This document shows, one piece after another, positions 26,650 to 40,100 of a stretch of 64,000 nucleotides of DNA. The DNA is from Enoplolaimus lenunculus. Lineage: Eukaryota. The stretch covers positions 434,001-498,000 of the forward strand of contig JASANG010003810.1 of assembly GCA_030248215.1 (NCBI GenBank). Direction: 5' to 3'. The notes under the pieces are model-generated. The model saw only the letters and a program-made list of their open reading frames with translations, was not told the origin of the DNA and searched no databases. Positions within the stretch are counted from its first letter, which is position 1; each line of letters begins with the position of its first letter. A program made the translations under genes and the position numbers.

Positions 26650-28071
26650 TCGAATGAAACCATTACAGGTGGGTACCAGGGTGCAACCGGAATTCCGACT
26701 CCGATTAGAATTCTGATTCAAAACGAGTTCCGTTGACATTTTAATTTTACTTCTACTTGTGATATATTGCATAAAAACTCAGTAGCATATTTATTTAATT
26801 GCTTTCGATACGACTACATCAATAATTGATTGTAGTTTAGCTTCACATTGCTGTTCCGATTCCGATACAATCCAGTTCCGCTTTGCACCCTGGTGGGTAC
26901 ATGCTAACGTGAAATTGGATGTCAATTTCAGTATCTAAGACAGACCACTGCAGCTTTCCCCCCAAGTATCTACTAGTTATCAATCTACACGCGACCGCAT
27001 ATCAGGTCTCCCGGCTGCGGCAAAAATTGACTTCCGGCTCCGGTGTTATAAATTGCGGGGTATTTATCGTTGAAAAGTGTGCCATACTGTGTTATTATAT
27101 ACATTGTTAAGTTGAGACACTATCTTTGCAATAAATTACAACGACTTTTGTCTAAAATGACAAAATTTGGTGGCACCATACTTTTTAAAAATTTAATTGC
27201 CGTCCGGCGCAATTCATCACTGTGCAGCATCGTACGAGCATTGCTTGAATACGATACCGCACGGTGACAGTCGATGACACACGAAACCTATCGCACCAAC
27301 ACAGAGCATTCCAGGGAACGCAGTAAATACGAAAAAAATTTGTGACAACATAAAATGGAACCAGCGTGGCGTGGGAACAGTTAAAAACCCTAAAAAAATC
27401 TCTGTTTCTAAAATTAAATTTTACACCATTCATTCGTTTACATCAAAATGTATTTAAAAACTGGTTCAAAAAACTCAAAACGAAAACAGAAAATGAAATA
27501 AAATTGTTTCAGTATCAGCTCGAGTTGATATTCCGGATGAAATGAAGAATCCTGATTTCAATTTTGCCGGCAGAATTATGGGACCGCGCGGCTCAACGGT
27601 CAAACAAATGGAAACCCAGTTGGGCTGTAGAATTTGGGTCTGCGGTGGCCGAAGTCGAAAAACTGTCGACGGCCAGTTGAAAACAGTAACAGGTGCATAA
27701 ATATAGCTAGGCTAGTACGCTTTCTTCTGAGCTTAAACCTAAGCAGTACGCTTCCTCCTGAGCTTACACCTAAGCAAAGCCTATAACTTAAGCCTAAACA
27801 TAGGTGAAATCCCAAGCCGAACTTATGCCATAACCTCAAAAATTTAAAATAAGTAACATAGTTCGAATTAAATGTTGTTCAACCGATCTTACGTTTCAAG
27901 CTCCTGAAAAGTGTCGACTAATGGGTACAGGGTACACCTGCCGCGACAAGTAGCGCCAAACCGAGCGGCACAAAACTCTGAACTGCTCCAAATTTCAATT
28001 ATTCCTAAACTCACAAACACCTTAAAACCAATGAAATACCATTTCCACAATAACTTGTACACAACAGCTAA

Positions 28072-28146
<75 letters not shown>

Positions 28147-31100
28147 TATATCAAAATTATTTAGATGTTACCACGCTTACACCAGAGCCGCTACATATTG
28201 TGGTCACTGCAGCAGGTACTTCGTTCGCGGAAGCGTACCAGAAATTAGACCACGGGATACGATGTGTCCGAATGCTGCTAACACCGCCAGAAACCGGGAT
28301 CGACGATCTTAAGATGCGACAACTAATCGAACTAGCCATACTTAATGGCACATACCGGGTTGCCAATCAAAACCAGCATTCAATGCTAAAACATCACCAT
28401 CGTCAACAGAAACAAATCCAATTTCGAGATACTTCCAGCACTGAAATTGTCGACAATTCTGAAACAGGACAGGTAAATTCACAAGCTGTTGGGATACAAA
28501 GAACCATCGCGCACGCAAAGGCGTAGCCAGGCTGTTTCAGGTGTCGAAGCCCGTGGGATTTTGGCACTTTTACACCAACTCCAACCCCACGGGAGAAAAC
28601 TCACCCCCACGTGGTTACGTGGAACAATTTACTCATTGGGTTCTCATGGGGCCCGCCGCCCTCACAACCCCCCAAGATCAAGGAATTTTAAGCAGGACGA
28701 AGATGTCACCCTTCAAATCACCACACTAAACAACTTTTTACTGAACAAGTAGCTACATATTAAGTAAAATAACTTTGATACTGAGTCTTTACAATGGAAA
28801 GAAAAAAGTGCTCGTACCACACTAAGCTATGCTGAGACGATTATAAGCGAATATTGTACCTGTAAAACCATCGAAAATCCTGGCTACACCATGCCATCGT
28901 CGCACGAAATCATACTAAATCAGCGGAATCTTGACTGTTGGTGAGGGCTGAACCTGGTTTGCAAATTAGATTGTGGAAGACTTTCGCCAAGTGCGGACAA
29001 CCCCCGCTCCAGTAGCGATACCCAGTGAAATTTGTGTTCAACTTTATTATTTCATAACAACCAGTATCGATTTCAGCAACATATTGTTTCTCAACTACCG
29101 ACAGATGCAAGATCTACCGCCAACGCGGTAAACACAGGCGAAACTGCAAGGAATATTACAATAGTGGAGTACGACGGCAGCGGAATACAATCTCCACTGA
29201 ACTCTACTCAACCAAGTGACAGTTCCCTGGACCATGCCACTTGGACACCATCAACTACTGATCCTGTTCCAACAAATACAAGCAACAAACATAATCGTAA
29301 CGACTTCGAAAGGCAAAGCAGAAAGTCAGACAAAAGAAACAACAGCAAAAACAATAACAGCAGTGCAATTGGATGCAGTGCGTCACATTTACCACAATTA
29401 TCACCAAACGGTAGTCGGTGCAAGTTACGCTGTGCGTGCCAAATCTACGACCGAGTAATATACAATCGTCCAATACCTGCCGAAAACCTTGTACAACCCG
29501 CAGCAAGCAGTAACCAGTGAAGCACTTAAGACAGTAGCTAAATTGCCTAAACTATAGATCATTGCTCATATTTTCAAATTCGTATAGCATCTATCACCAG
29601 TTAGCGACAGGTTTTCAAACTAAATTGGCGTATAAGCAGGACGAGTCAACTAAGTAACATGTGCAAATTGCAAACCTCGCCATCCACTGGTTCGAAAACT
29701 ACATGACCTACCAGCTATCACCAACTGGTGAAAGGCGCTGCACACCTTTCAGACCACGGGCACTGGCCTAAACTAAATGCCAACATTTTAAAAAAGTTAC
29801 ATACTAGTTCGGAACAGGTTTTTCAACAAGCAACCTAACAGGGTGCAATGGGAATCCCGATTACGATTCAAAACAAGTTCCGATTCCAATACCGATTGCA
29901 CAATCAATCGGAATCGGAATTTTGAAATTTTAATTTTAATCTTACTTGTTGTGATACGTTGCATAAAAATTCCGTATCATTTATCTATTAAATTGCTTTC
30001 TATGTGTTAACTTATCAATAATTGAGTGTAGTTTAGTTTTACAGAGCCGATGCCGATTACAATTCCGATAAAATCCAGTTCCGTCTTGCACCCTGCAAAC
30101 TAACCACATGCAAACAAAAGCTTCAAATCTTCACAACATACAACTAGCAATATTATTAATATTCAGTAATAATACCGATAATTATTAACATTCAGTAATA
30201 ATACCGATACTTGAGTTGTACTCTATACTGCTAAACTTGTAATAAATATTACCAATGACGTGTGCCTAATGCAATCAATATTGCTTTGGAGCAATGAAAA
30301 AACCATCCTTTCTAGAACACAGTAATATAAGTAGTGGTTGCATTTAAAATTATTTACTACAGTCGATTCTGCTCGGTTGTGACTATTTATGTACAAGGTG
30401 TCAGTTGTCACTTACAACTTCTGAAATACACGTCGAAATCTGATCACGCTCATTTCTTACATTTACATCGAAAAAACAACAAATTTAAGCGATGAAAGGT
30501 TTTTAACCATGATTAAAATACTCTCAACTCCCCTAAAGCATTTTCCGTCCCTATTCACAACATACTCTCTGTGCAAAGCACGAAGAGTGTCCCGTCGAAA
30601 TATTTTGGGTCTAACTAGGGAAAAATTCTACAGCCATGATACATATACATAACACCAGTCGTAGTGACAGTTCACATACTGAGCGAAGCTCGAACCCGTA
30701 TACTGATGATATGCTCAAAGCTAACAGCGCACAAATTCAAACTCCTCACAGCCAAAACAATTTTGTACTGAAATCCAATAACTTGTAATCCTAATAATTG
30801 GGGAAATATATTTAAAAAGTGCCAGTTTAGCCTTAACGAATTAAGCTAACATGCTAATTAGTTTCGCTACGCTAACTATTCATGTATCTGATTTCGAGAC
30901 TTATAAAATGTGCCGATTAATTGGCATCGGTAATAATCGGTACTTTTTGTGAGCATCGGCATCACCACTGCAAAAAAGTTGCCGATTCTTTGCCGATACT
31001 TTTTGCACAGAACAGTCAGTTGGAATGCTTTCTGGGCGCATATCAGTGTGTCTGATCACGAAAACTGTTATCTGTCTTGCGTCTGTGTTTGAAAAAATTA

Positions 31101-34100
31101 ATTTAACTGAACCGTTCTTGTAAAATTATAATCGCTTATGATGATTAGGATTTAATTCTACATATAATGATGTCGTGTGGTAGCCTATCTGTTTATTGAG
31201 CATGGTGTAGTAAAGTTGGAATCGGCAATGGCAAAATTTCAAAACAAGAATCAGGGTATCGGCATCGGCAAAAATTTTGGTATCGGCACATCCCTACTTA
31301 TAAACGTTAATATCACATTGCTCGCAGCCAAAACCTGTTAGCACTGAAAACAGGAAGCTTATTAACCAGGGTTCGACCGAAATTCCTTTTCCGGCCAGAA
31401 TACTTGCAAAAATTCAATTCCTGTTCATGTTAATGCATTCAAATACTCGAAACTTTGTCGTTAAAAAATTGTTATTTCGACATAGCACTTTTTCCAGTTA
31501 TACTTCAAATTTTTTGGGAGGTTTTGTAAAAAGTTCAACTGTAATTCGCTAATACAAATTATTTCAAATTCCGGTTCCGGTTCCTGCAAAGAAATTCAAC
31601 TGTGGTTCCTGTTCCTGTTCCGACAAAATTTTGTTGCTGTTGGAACCCTGCTTATAACCCTAAGCCCTAATAGTGAAACAAATGTAAAAAAATCAATTAG
31701 GCTTAAACAATTATTCGAATTAGCCTGAAGTTGCGGCTTAGAATTTTAAACCCCTTTAAACAAAAAATTATCAAAATCGGTCCAGCGGTTCCTGAGTTTC
31801 TCGTCGGACGTTCGAAGAATTTCGCAATGCTCAAAGAAAGGAAAAACGCAAGTTGCGGTGCTAAAACATTACAATAACATAAAGTTTCGAGCGGCGAACA
31901 TAGCCCAAAAAATTGATATGCCACCAAGGCGTCAAAATTTTGTCTAGGCCCCTGTATGGTAACCACTTAAAAGTCGTTAAAGACGGATTACAATTCTGTT
32001 GCTAAAACACCTGGTGAACTTACGAAATAGCATCTTCAGTACAATTTGACATTTCCTTTCCAATATTGCATAGTATTTGCAGGACAATTTCAACTAAAAA
32101 GCAAACAATGTGTAAAAAATAAAGACATAAACATATTATCAAGCAGGGGCAGTCACAGTGGGGACGGCCGCCCAAGACCCCCGAATTTTTTCATAAACAT
32201 TGCACAAGGGCTTCCCGTTTTCCAATGTGGAAAACTTAGGACCAGGAGTGCAGAGACAAACCAACGAAATGGTTCCTTCTCTACCAGACCAAGAGAAAGC
32301 CTACGCGTTTAATTTTCAGCTTTTCCCGTTTTTCGAAATTCTCCTAGATCTTCAACTTTCCCTGCAAACCAAAACGAATCAAATACCTACGCTTGAATGT
32401 CACACGTCCCAATTTTTCAGACAAAGCAACCAAGCCATTCCTAACCTACCAGACCAAGAGAAAACCTATACGTTTAACTTTTCCACTTTTCATGGTTTTC
32501 GAACCTCGCCTAAACAACTAACTTTCCCTACCGAACAAGGGGATGTTCAGACGTCCGAATTTTTCACTTTTCCAGTTTCTCCAGTCAAAATTATGCTTGC
32601 GATTTTTCCCACCAAACCAGCTGAATTTCTAGCCGTCATACAGGAGTGGCTACGCTGCACTCCTGGTCATAAGTTTTCCACCTTGGATAATAGGAAGCCC
32701 CTGTGCTATACATTAGCCAGTTATTAGAACAAAAATTCGATTTATTACATGTGCTAAAATATAAAAAACAAAATAAAAAAGTCCCCCGAAAAAAATCCTG
32801 GGACCGCCAATGTTATCTAGGTAATATTAATTTTGCTATATTCTACTCTGGGCCAATACAGCGGTCCCCTCTTGTATTTCTAGTCATCATTAACGCGGCT
32901 GAGCCATGTTAATTACAGTGGCCTGCCCACTGGGAGACAAGAAAATTAAGAGATTAGGAGGCTTAGCCTCGGGCTAAGTCATACATTTAGTCTTACGCTA
33001 GGCTTAGTGCGTAGGCCCCCATGCTTAACATGAGCCACTCTATTAATTGATCTGCCAGTGTTCAAGACAAACTTCAAAGCCAGTTCAAAAAAACTAAAAC
33101 TCTAAAATCCTACACGTACTTGCTTCATCGTTATCCTGACTAAGCAGCCCAATCAACGCTTTGGTTGACTTTCCGGTGTTGAATGCCGACGGCTGATTTG
33201 CTGATATTGTCTGAAGCGTAAATATTTTACCTTGCATAAAATTGAAATATCCATAACACCACATGCATCGTGTAAGATGCGACTTAAAACCGTATATTAC
33301 TTACTGGTTGCATGCCACAACTGGCGGTGCACTTTGGTAATGAACTCATACCGCTTATTACATAACAAAATGTAGCAAACCATACAATAATTTTAAATAT
33401 CTTGACCGACAAATTCAATTACGCAAAAATGTGTATGTTAAATTTCATGTTGAACCCAATCTTTCCAAAAATTTTTGTCAGCGTCACAAACACAGATGTT
33501 AAGTTTCAAGAATGCAGGAGGCTGAGGCTAAATTTCAAATAGCTAGGCGACAAACTCGAAAAATTATTACCTACCATTAAACCCACAACTGAAAAAGGTC
33601 CTGGTAGCGTGGCGATAACTAAAATTCCTCAACTACATAATATATCTTAAATTTCTAAACCCCCACCCCCCTAACTAAAGTTACATTTCAATACGAATCC
33701 ATGAGATTACAATTAAATTTAAAATATTGAGCAGATTAAGACCAATAAATGAAACAATGATGTCCCCTCAGCTCAAAAGCTGCCACCAATACGCCAGTTA
33801 CATCAATTATACAGTTATACTCACACATTTAAACCAACCTGTAAAAGTCCCAAACTGCGGCTCACAATCAACGCTGCATTCATCTGAGCCAGCCGAATCC
33901 ATGGCATTTGTCTGGTAAGGGCGTCCCGTCCGTTAGGTCGCATCATTTTCGAGACACGCCCAACGAGATTGTCCATAGCCAGCTGATCAATCAGTACCGG
34001 TGCCGAACGTTCCAACAGACCTTTGATAGTGATAAGGATTGACGAATATTTATTTTCAACTTTTGACAACAATTCTTTCTAAAATAGTGCATAACAGGAG

Positions 34101-37100
34101 GATATATATAGATACTGAATGAAATAGTTATCATAAAGCCAAATTACATCATAAAGATGGCCCAGTGCCGTGGATACCAAAATTATGTAAGCTGAAGTGG
34201 CATTAATACCAACGCAAGCCCCACCACGGCACATAAGTACACCCATTTAGTAACTATTTCAAAATAATTTACACATGGTTTGGAATGTGCAGATTGATAT
34301 CTTTACCACTTACACTGGTTGTTAACAATTTATTCAGATACGTTTCGCTTTGAATTTAAGATTTTATACTGAAAATCATAGCATCACAAGTTTTTGTGAC
34401 ACTAAACGCAAACTGCAAATCGAAATACATCGAATTAAAACGTACCACATAAGTTTCAATCTCACTGCACGTATGAGTTTTCCGTCCTCCATAAATATGG
34501 TCAAGAATTGTTGCCACCCGTGGCATTTCGCTCATCATTTGATAAAACGTTTTCAAATGTTCATGGCATTTCGGGGGATCGAGATAGAAGCCTGTAAATC
34601 AATATGAGTGGCAAATCTAACTAAATTCATGGAACAAATTAAACATAAACCACCTGGGCTTTAACCAAGACCCTCGGTCGCAAACGAGGGAAATCTAAGA
34701 CTGGTGAAAGTTTCAATAACAAAAATGCTGTTATTATAAGCGATACTCCCTATTTTAGCAAGCATCACAGGTCGTATATAACATTTTAATGCACGTTGCG
34801 CGCGTATACATAATTAGAAAATTACGTAAAAGTTGTTTAAAGCACAAAAAGTATCGTTTTAAGATTTAAAAAGGCAACACCTGGGACAATAAATATCTCG
34901 CCTTGAGGACTGAACCGGGGTGGTAAATTGAATTTTTGGGGTTCCACATATTGAAAGGTTCCCTCTATTGGCACTAAATATCGAAACCCCACATGTCTAA
35001 TTTTAATGTTCTACTAACCAGACATAGTTTTAAGTCGTTGGGCAACAACGAGTTCTCGTTGAGTTGCGTCGTCAATCTTGTGTGCTTCTACCAACGCGTG
35101 AAAGCTGTGTCTGATCCTGAAGTGTTAATCGTTAAAAAATTTTCCGCAAAAAACAAAGACAAAAATCTGCATTCATTATGTCATAAAAGTCACACTTTTA
35201 ATTCAAAATCAGGCTAAAATTTTATCAACTTTCATCACAAAAATAAACTATGTTCCACTTCAACAAAAGCTCACAACAAATCTACCATGAAACTAAAAAC
35301 CCTTACACATGAAACAACTTACGTGCTTTGCTTGTTGAGAAGCTCAGCAAAAGCCCTGAAACGCATCACCAAAAGTAGAAAAAAATTAAAACCCGGTGTG
35401 GTGGCCGATAGGCAGCGAAATAAAACAAATTCTATGACGAAAACACTATGTTTACAATACTAGCACACCATACACAAAAGGTGCCCAGTGCGTGTTGCGT
35501 ATGCACTTTATCTTATAGTATCTATGGATGGTTTACCTTGTATAAGCACCGGAAATGCATCGCATGCTACTGCAGTGCGTATATACATTATGCTTTGTAA
35601 AGGAAATAAGCTGCGAAACAAACACTGGTACATTTCGCACAGCGCAAAATTAGGTAAGCTGCATATCTCGGTCTAACAAAATAATCACCATCGACTATTG
35701 CTATTATCATCATAATCTGTACCTTACTGCGTTATCGTCCAATGCCAAATACAAGAAATGCAACAATTCCATACGTTGTGACGTTTCCGTATTAAACGGT
35801 ACGAGGCATGTATTTAACAGTTTCTCGCAGTGCAGCCTAAACACAAAGTTCTAAACAATATGCCAAAAACAAACGCCGGTTTTCAAAGCAATTGTAAACA
35901 CATCCGCGGAAGACAGCTAATTTAGTTTTTTCTATTAATCTCTCAATTTGTTCACTGATGAACTGAACGGCCCAAGTTAACTAAGGGGTCTGATCCTAGG
36001 GTGACAGCGGGACTCAGTGAATGGTGAGCCTAGTCTTTTATTTAGGTTTAGGTTTATTGTGCAGTCCGTTATAGTTAACATGGACCTAATAGACAAAAAC
36101 TATCAGCAGGTATCGTATTCCAAATACAATGGCCAGCTTAAAATAAATTCCGCAGTGCCGACTTGAATCAAAAGCTAGGGCCCGTATTCTCAAATGTGTG
36201 GAGCACCTATCACCAGCAGGGATGTGCGGTGTCGGTCAAAAACCGAAATTCGAGATCGAGACACGACAACCGAGACCGAGAAAATTTTTTCTAACAAAAG
36301 TTTTGAACGTTTTTTCGTACCTCTGTGTCATTGTATCATAACAAAATGTTGCATCTGCTCGGATTTATTATATTAAAAAAATTACAGCAACATTTGCTAA
36401 TAACAATATTACTAAAAACAGCAGAAAATATATTATCAAAAATCAACAAACACAACTGAGGTCCGTTTACGGTGAATGTTGTACAGAAAAAACTTGAACT
36501 TGTCTTTCTCTTTCGGTCTCGGTTTGAAACCTACCGAGACTCAAAAAGCCGAGATCGAGATCAAGACCAGCCAAATCCTGAGACGTGCCGAGACCGGGAC
36601 CAGCCAAATCCCGAGACTTACCAAGACCGATAAGGCACATTTCTGATCAGCAGTCGGTGACAGGTCTTGTAACTTTCGGCATGGTTAGGTTCGAAGTTCA
36701 GAACATTTTTCGCATTTGATTTGTCCCATATCTGTACCAATTTTGAGCAGTTTGAAAACTTATCGCTAAGCGATACGGAGCTAGGTTTTAAAATTTTAAA
36801 CAAAATACTTATTTAGTACATAGAACACAAAAACTGAAACTGGCATCTCAAACAACCGAATTTCTATACCCACTCGACGTTTTCCTTTACACAGGTGCCC
36901 CACCCTGGCTGTTGGGTCATATTACCCACAACTAACCTGTCTTCCAAGCTTGGCTGATAATATCTGTGCATCAAACAGTCAGGCAACTTTTCAACACGCC
37001 GATAATCAGCAACAGTTGAATCTGATGACAGCATAACACGACGGTAGATAGTCGCCAAGCTTGACATTGCTTCTTTTCGCACTTTGAACTAGATCAAAAT

Positions 37101-40100
37101 TCAAAATTTTAGTAAAAAATAAATAGGAAGTACGAAAATATATCCCATTATCGCAGTGTGCAACCGAAATTTCGATTCCGGCCATAATTGAGATTCAAAA
37201 GCAGTTCCGTTCCATTTTATACCTAGCATTCTAGCGCGCAATAATTCACATCATGATTTGCACAGAGTAAAAGTGGTCTACATAGGAACACGCTGCTAAT
37301 ATTATTAGAAGAAGCCGACTGAAACAAAATCACCGATTGAAGATAGGCAAAACAAACAACTCACATACATATGTTAATGCCAGAAATAACACTGCTTTCG
37401 TTGAGCGACCACGGGCGTGGCTAGGGTTTTATAAGACAAGGCGTTACATTTGATAGAAATATCGAAGGGGTTCTAGTGTTACATACTGAAAAAGTTTTTA
37501 AAAAGCTGAAAAACAAAATAATGAACATTTATGTTACGCATATACCATTTTCGAAGAACTTTTCATCTGTAGTTGTCCACTGAAAAAGTTCCTAAAAACC
37601 ATCTATAAAAATCACAACGGGAGGTTGAGGTTGACCCCAAACCCCACCCCAACCGCGGCTACGCCCTTGAAAACTATTCACACCCAACCTTTTTGTACCT
37701 TTTTATCAAGCGTGCGATCCCGTAGGACATCAACTAGCGCGTTTGGTAAGCAACGAAAATTCTTTTTTGCGACCGCAGAAATCGACAGAATAACTTCGTG
37801 TCGTACATCTTCATCAAGATCATTAATACGGATAGCCAGCATTTCTAAAATCAGTCACAAAACGCCGTAATTTCAACTAATATTGTTTACTGACTCGAGT
37901 GCATCTACCAACGGGTATAACATCCGTCACTCCGCACTATAATTTTGAAAAATAAAAGAACATATTTAAAAACATATTTAGAGATTTGTAAGACGTGACT
38001 TACGCGAAACGGTGTCCCGCAACGTCGGATGATCAAGTAATAACTTTACAGATGACTTGACAACTTTTCTGCGAATATCTGCATTAACATCGTTGAATCT
38101 GAAAATGCTACTACAAGCTGCAACACAAAGACACAAACTAAAACTTTGGATTGCAATATTTCCGTCTTTTAAAAAACGAGTAGGACTTGTCTCGCTTCGA
38201 TTACGACACTTTTCAAATTCTGAGCCATGCAACAGAGTTTCCCAGTTTCAATCGCTTAAAACAGCTATAATCAGCATAGCACCTTCAAGTTGACTCCTGC
38301 TGAGGTAATTTTGGACAAAAACCTCTTACAATATACAATAAAAAAATTTGACAACGGGCCTACGATTTAAATTTATACATAACCAATCAGAGATACATTC
38401 ACTTAACAAAAAGGGCAAAAATCGGTAGTAGCCCTTACAAAAATATTAAAATCGTAATACACTCGGATCACTACTGAAACTAAGTTTAACTGAACATTGA
38501 CTTAACCAAAATAAACTCTAAATTTGAATTGATATCATTTTTCAACCGAAGGTACAAAAAATACCTTTTCAAGTAACATTCCCATAACGCTTTGTTATTC
38601 TCAGCGAATTCTGATCCTTCTTCGGTAAACAGTCTTGTCAGCATTTTGACACAATCAAGCCTGTCGTCTACTTGTGCACTCTAAAATTTCAAACAATTAT
38701 ATAATTCATTTGCCTTATGTAGTCGTAGTTCTCTATGTCTACATAATATTGTTTTAGGTATGTTATTTAACAGTAATTATGCCAAATTGAACCGTTTAAA
38801 AGCCGAATAAATCTAAACAGACTGTCAAAGTTGTCGTAGTCACCAACCAGAATTTTTTGACTACGCCAATGTACGTAATCATTCCCATGGATCACAACAA
38901 CATAATTCAGCCCGCCCCAATAACGTTGCAAATGACATATCTACAATAAAATGGCCATAACTTTTCAGGCCTGAATGTAATAGCATACCTTGAAGAATTC
39001 ACTGAATAGTAGGTTGAAAAATGCCCATCTAATTTTGCTAACGAAGAGTGTAATTTTCCAAATAAAACAATGGCTATCATCTGAATACTATAATGGAGTC
39101 AAGGACGTATCCAGGGAGGCTCAAAATCAAAACCCTTTGAATACTTCTAAGGTTTTTGTTAAATTTTTCAGTTGGTGACACAACTCGCAGTGATATCGCC
39201 ATGCAACGCAACCCCGTTCCAATATCCTGGCTAAGTCCCTGAATGAAGTCTTCTCAACATACCAACAACTTGACTTCCAGCTGGGGCATAACCGAATACA
39301 TCAAAGCCGGGCACATTAGATTGACTTCGTAAATCAAATCGTACAAACGGTCATAAAGTTCACTGTCTGAATTTCCCACCAGGAGCATCGCATTGAAATA
39401 CTGAAAACCGCAACATAGTAATGTATAATGTTCAAATTTTTAAAAGGTAGGTATGTAAAACACAATGCAAATTTAATTGAGTCTTATCGGTTTTAAAACC
39501 TGTGGAAACTTAAAGAAACAATGCCAACGAGCAGAAAAACAACGCTTGCAGACATTTCCATTCCTCTCCTTGACTGAAATATATTTGGAGTAGAGCTGAC
39601 CCAGGGAAGGTCCCCGGCCCCGGCGTTGGGACCCGACAGTGCCGGGGGGGCGAAATAGTAGACAATTTATTAATTTTTTTTACTGTTTCACTTGTATCCC
39701 ATTGTTACCTACAAAAATTAATTCAAACCGTATAGATTCCGGTATGTAAGCGAGGAGTGCCAGTTATGGCAAATTCTTTTATTAATATTTATTATTGTTA
39801 TACGGAAATTTTATGCTGTTTTATAACATGTTATAAGTGTTTGACCGAAATAAGTTTATCAGTTGCTTATTGTTAGAGCACGCTAGACTTTTATCAGAAC
39901 CTAACTTGTGGGCCAACCATATTTTAGTGAACTGAAGACTCAAACATTTGCAATCTATCGGACAGTTCGTATTAATAAAATTTCAAATATAAAGTTTTAA
40001 GCGAAAAATCCTGCTATATTAAGAAAGTCAGTATATCTGGTACGATTTTTGCGACAGTGCGATTTATATTGCGCAATATAAAGTCGGTCTGTTTCGCTGA

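Noticed and set aside
32200..32727. 175-aa + strand ORF
   Set aside because: Lies inside a hAT-like element with internal repeats (CTACCAGACCAAGAGAAA twice). No recognisable protein features and no ATG start.
33120..33123. GC splice donor (GCAAGT) at the end of PDS5 exon 17
   Set aside because: The canonical GT donor four bases on gives the correct phase with the next exon (A+TT GAA ATT GTC CTG CAA), so no GC donor is needed.
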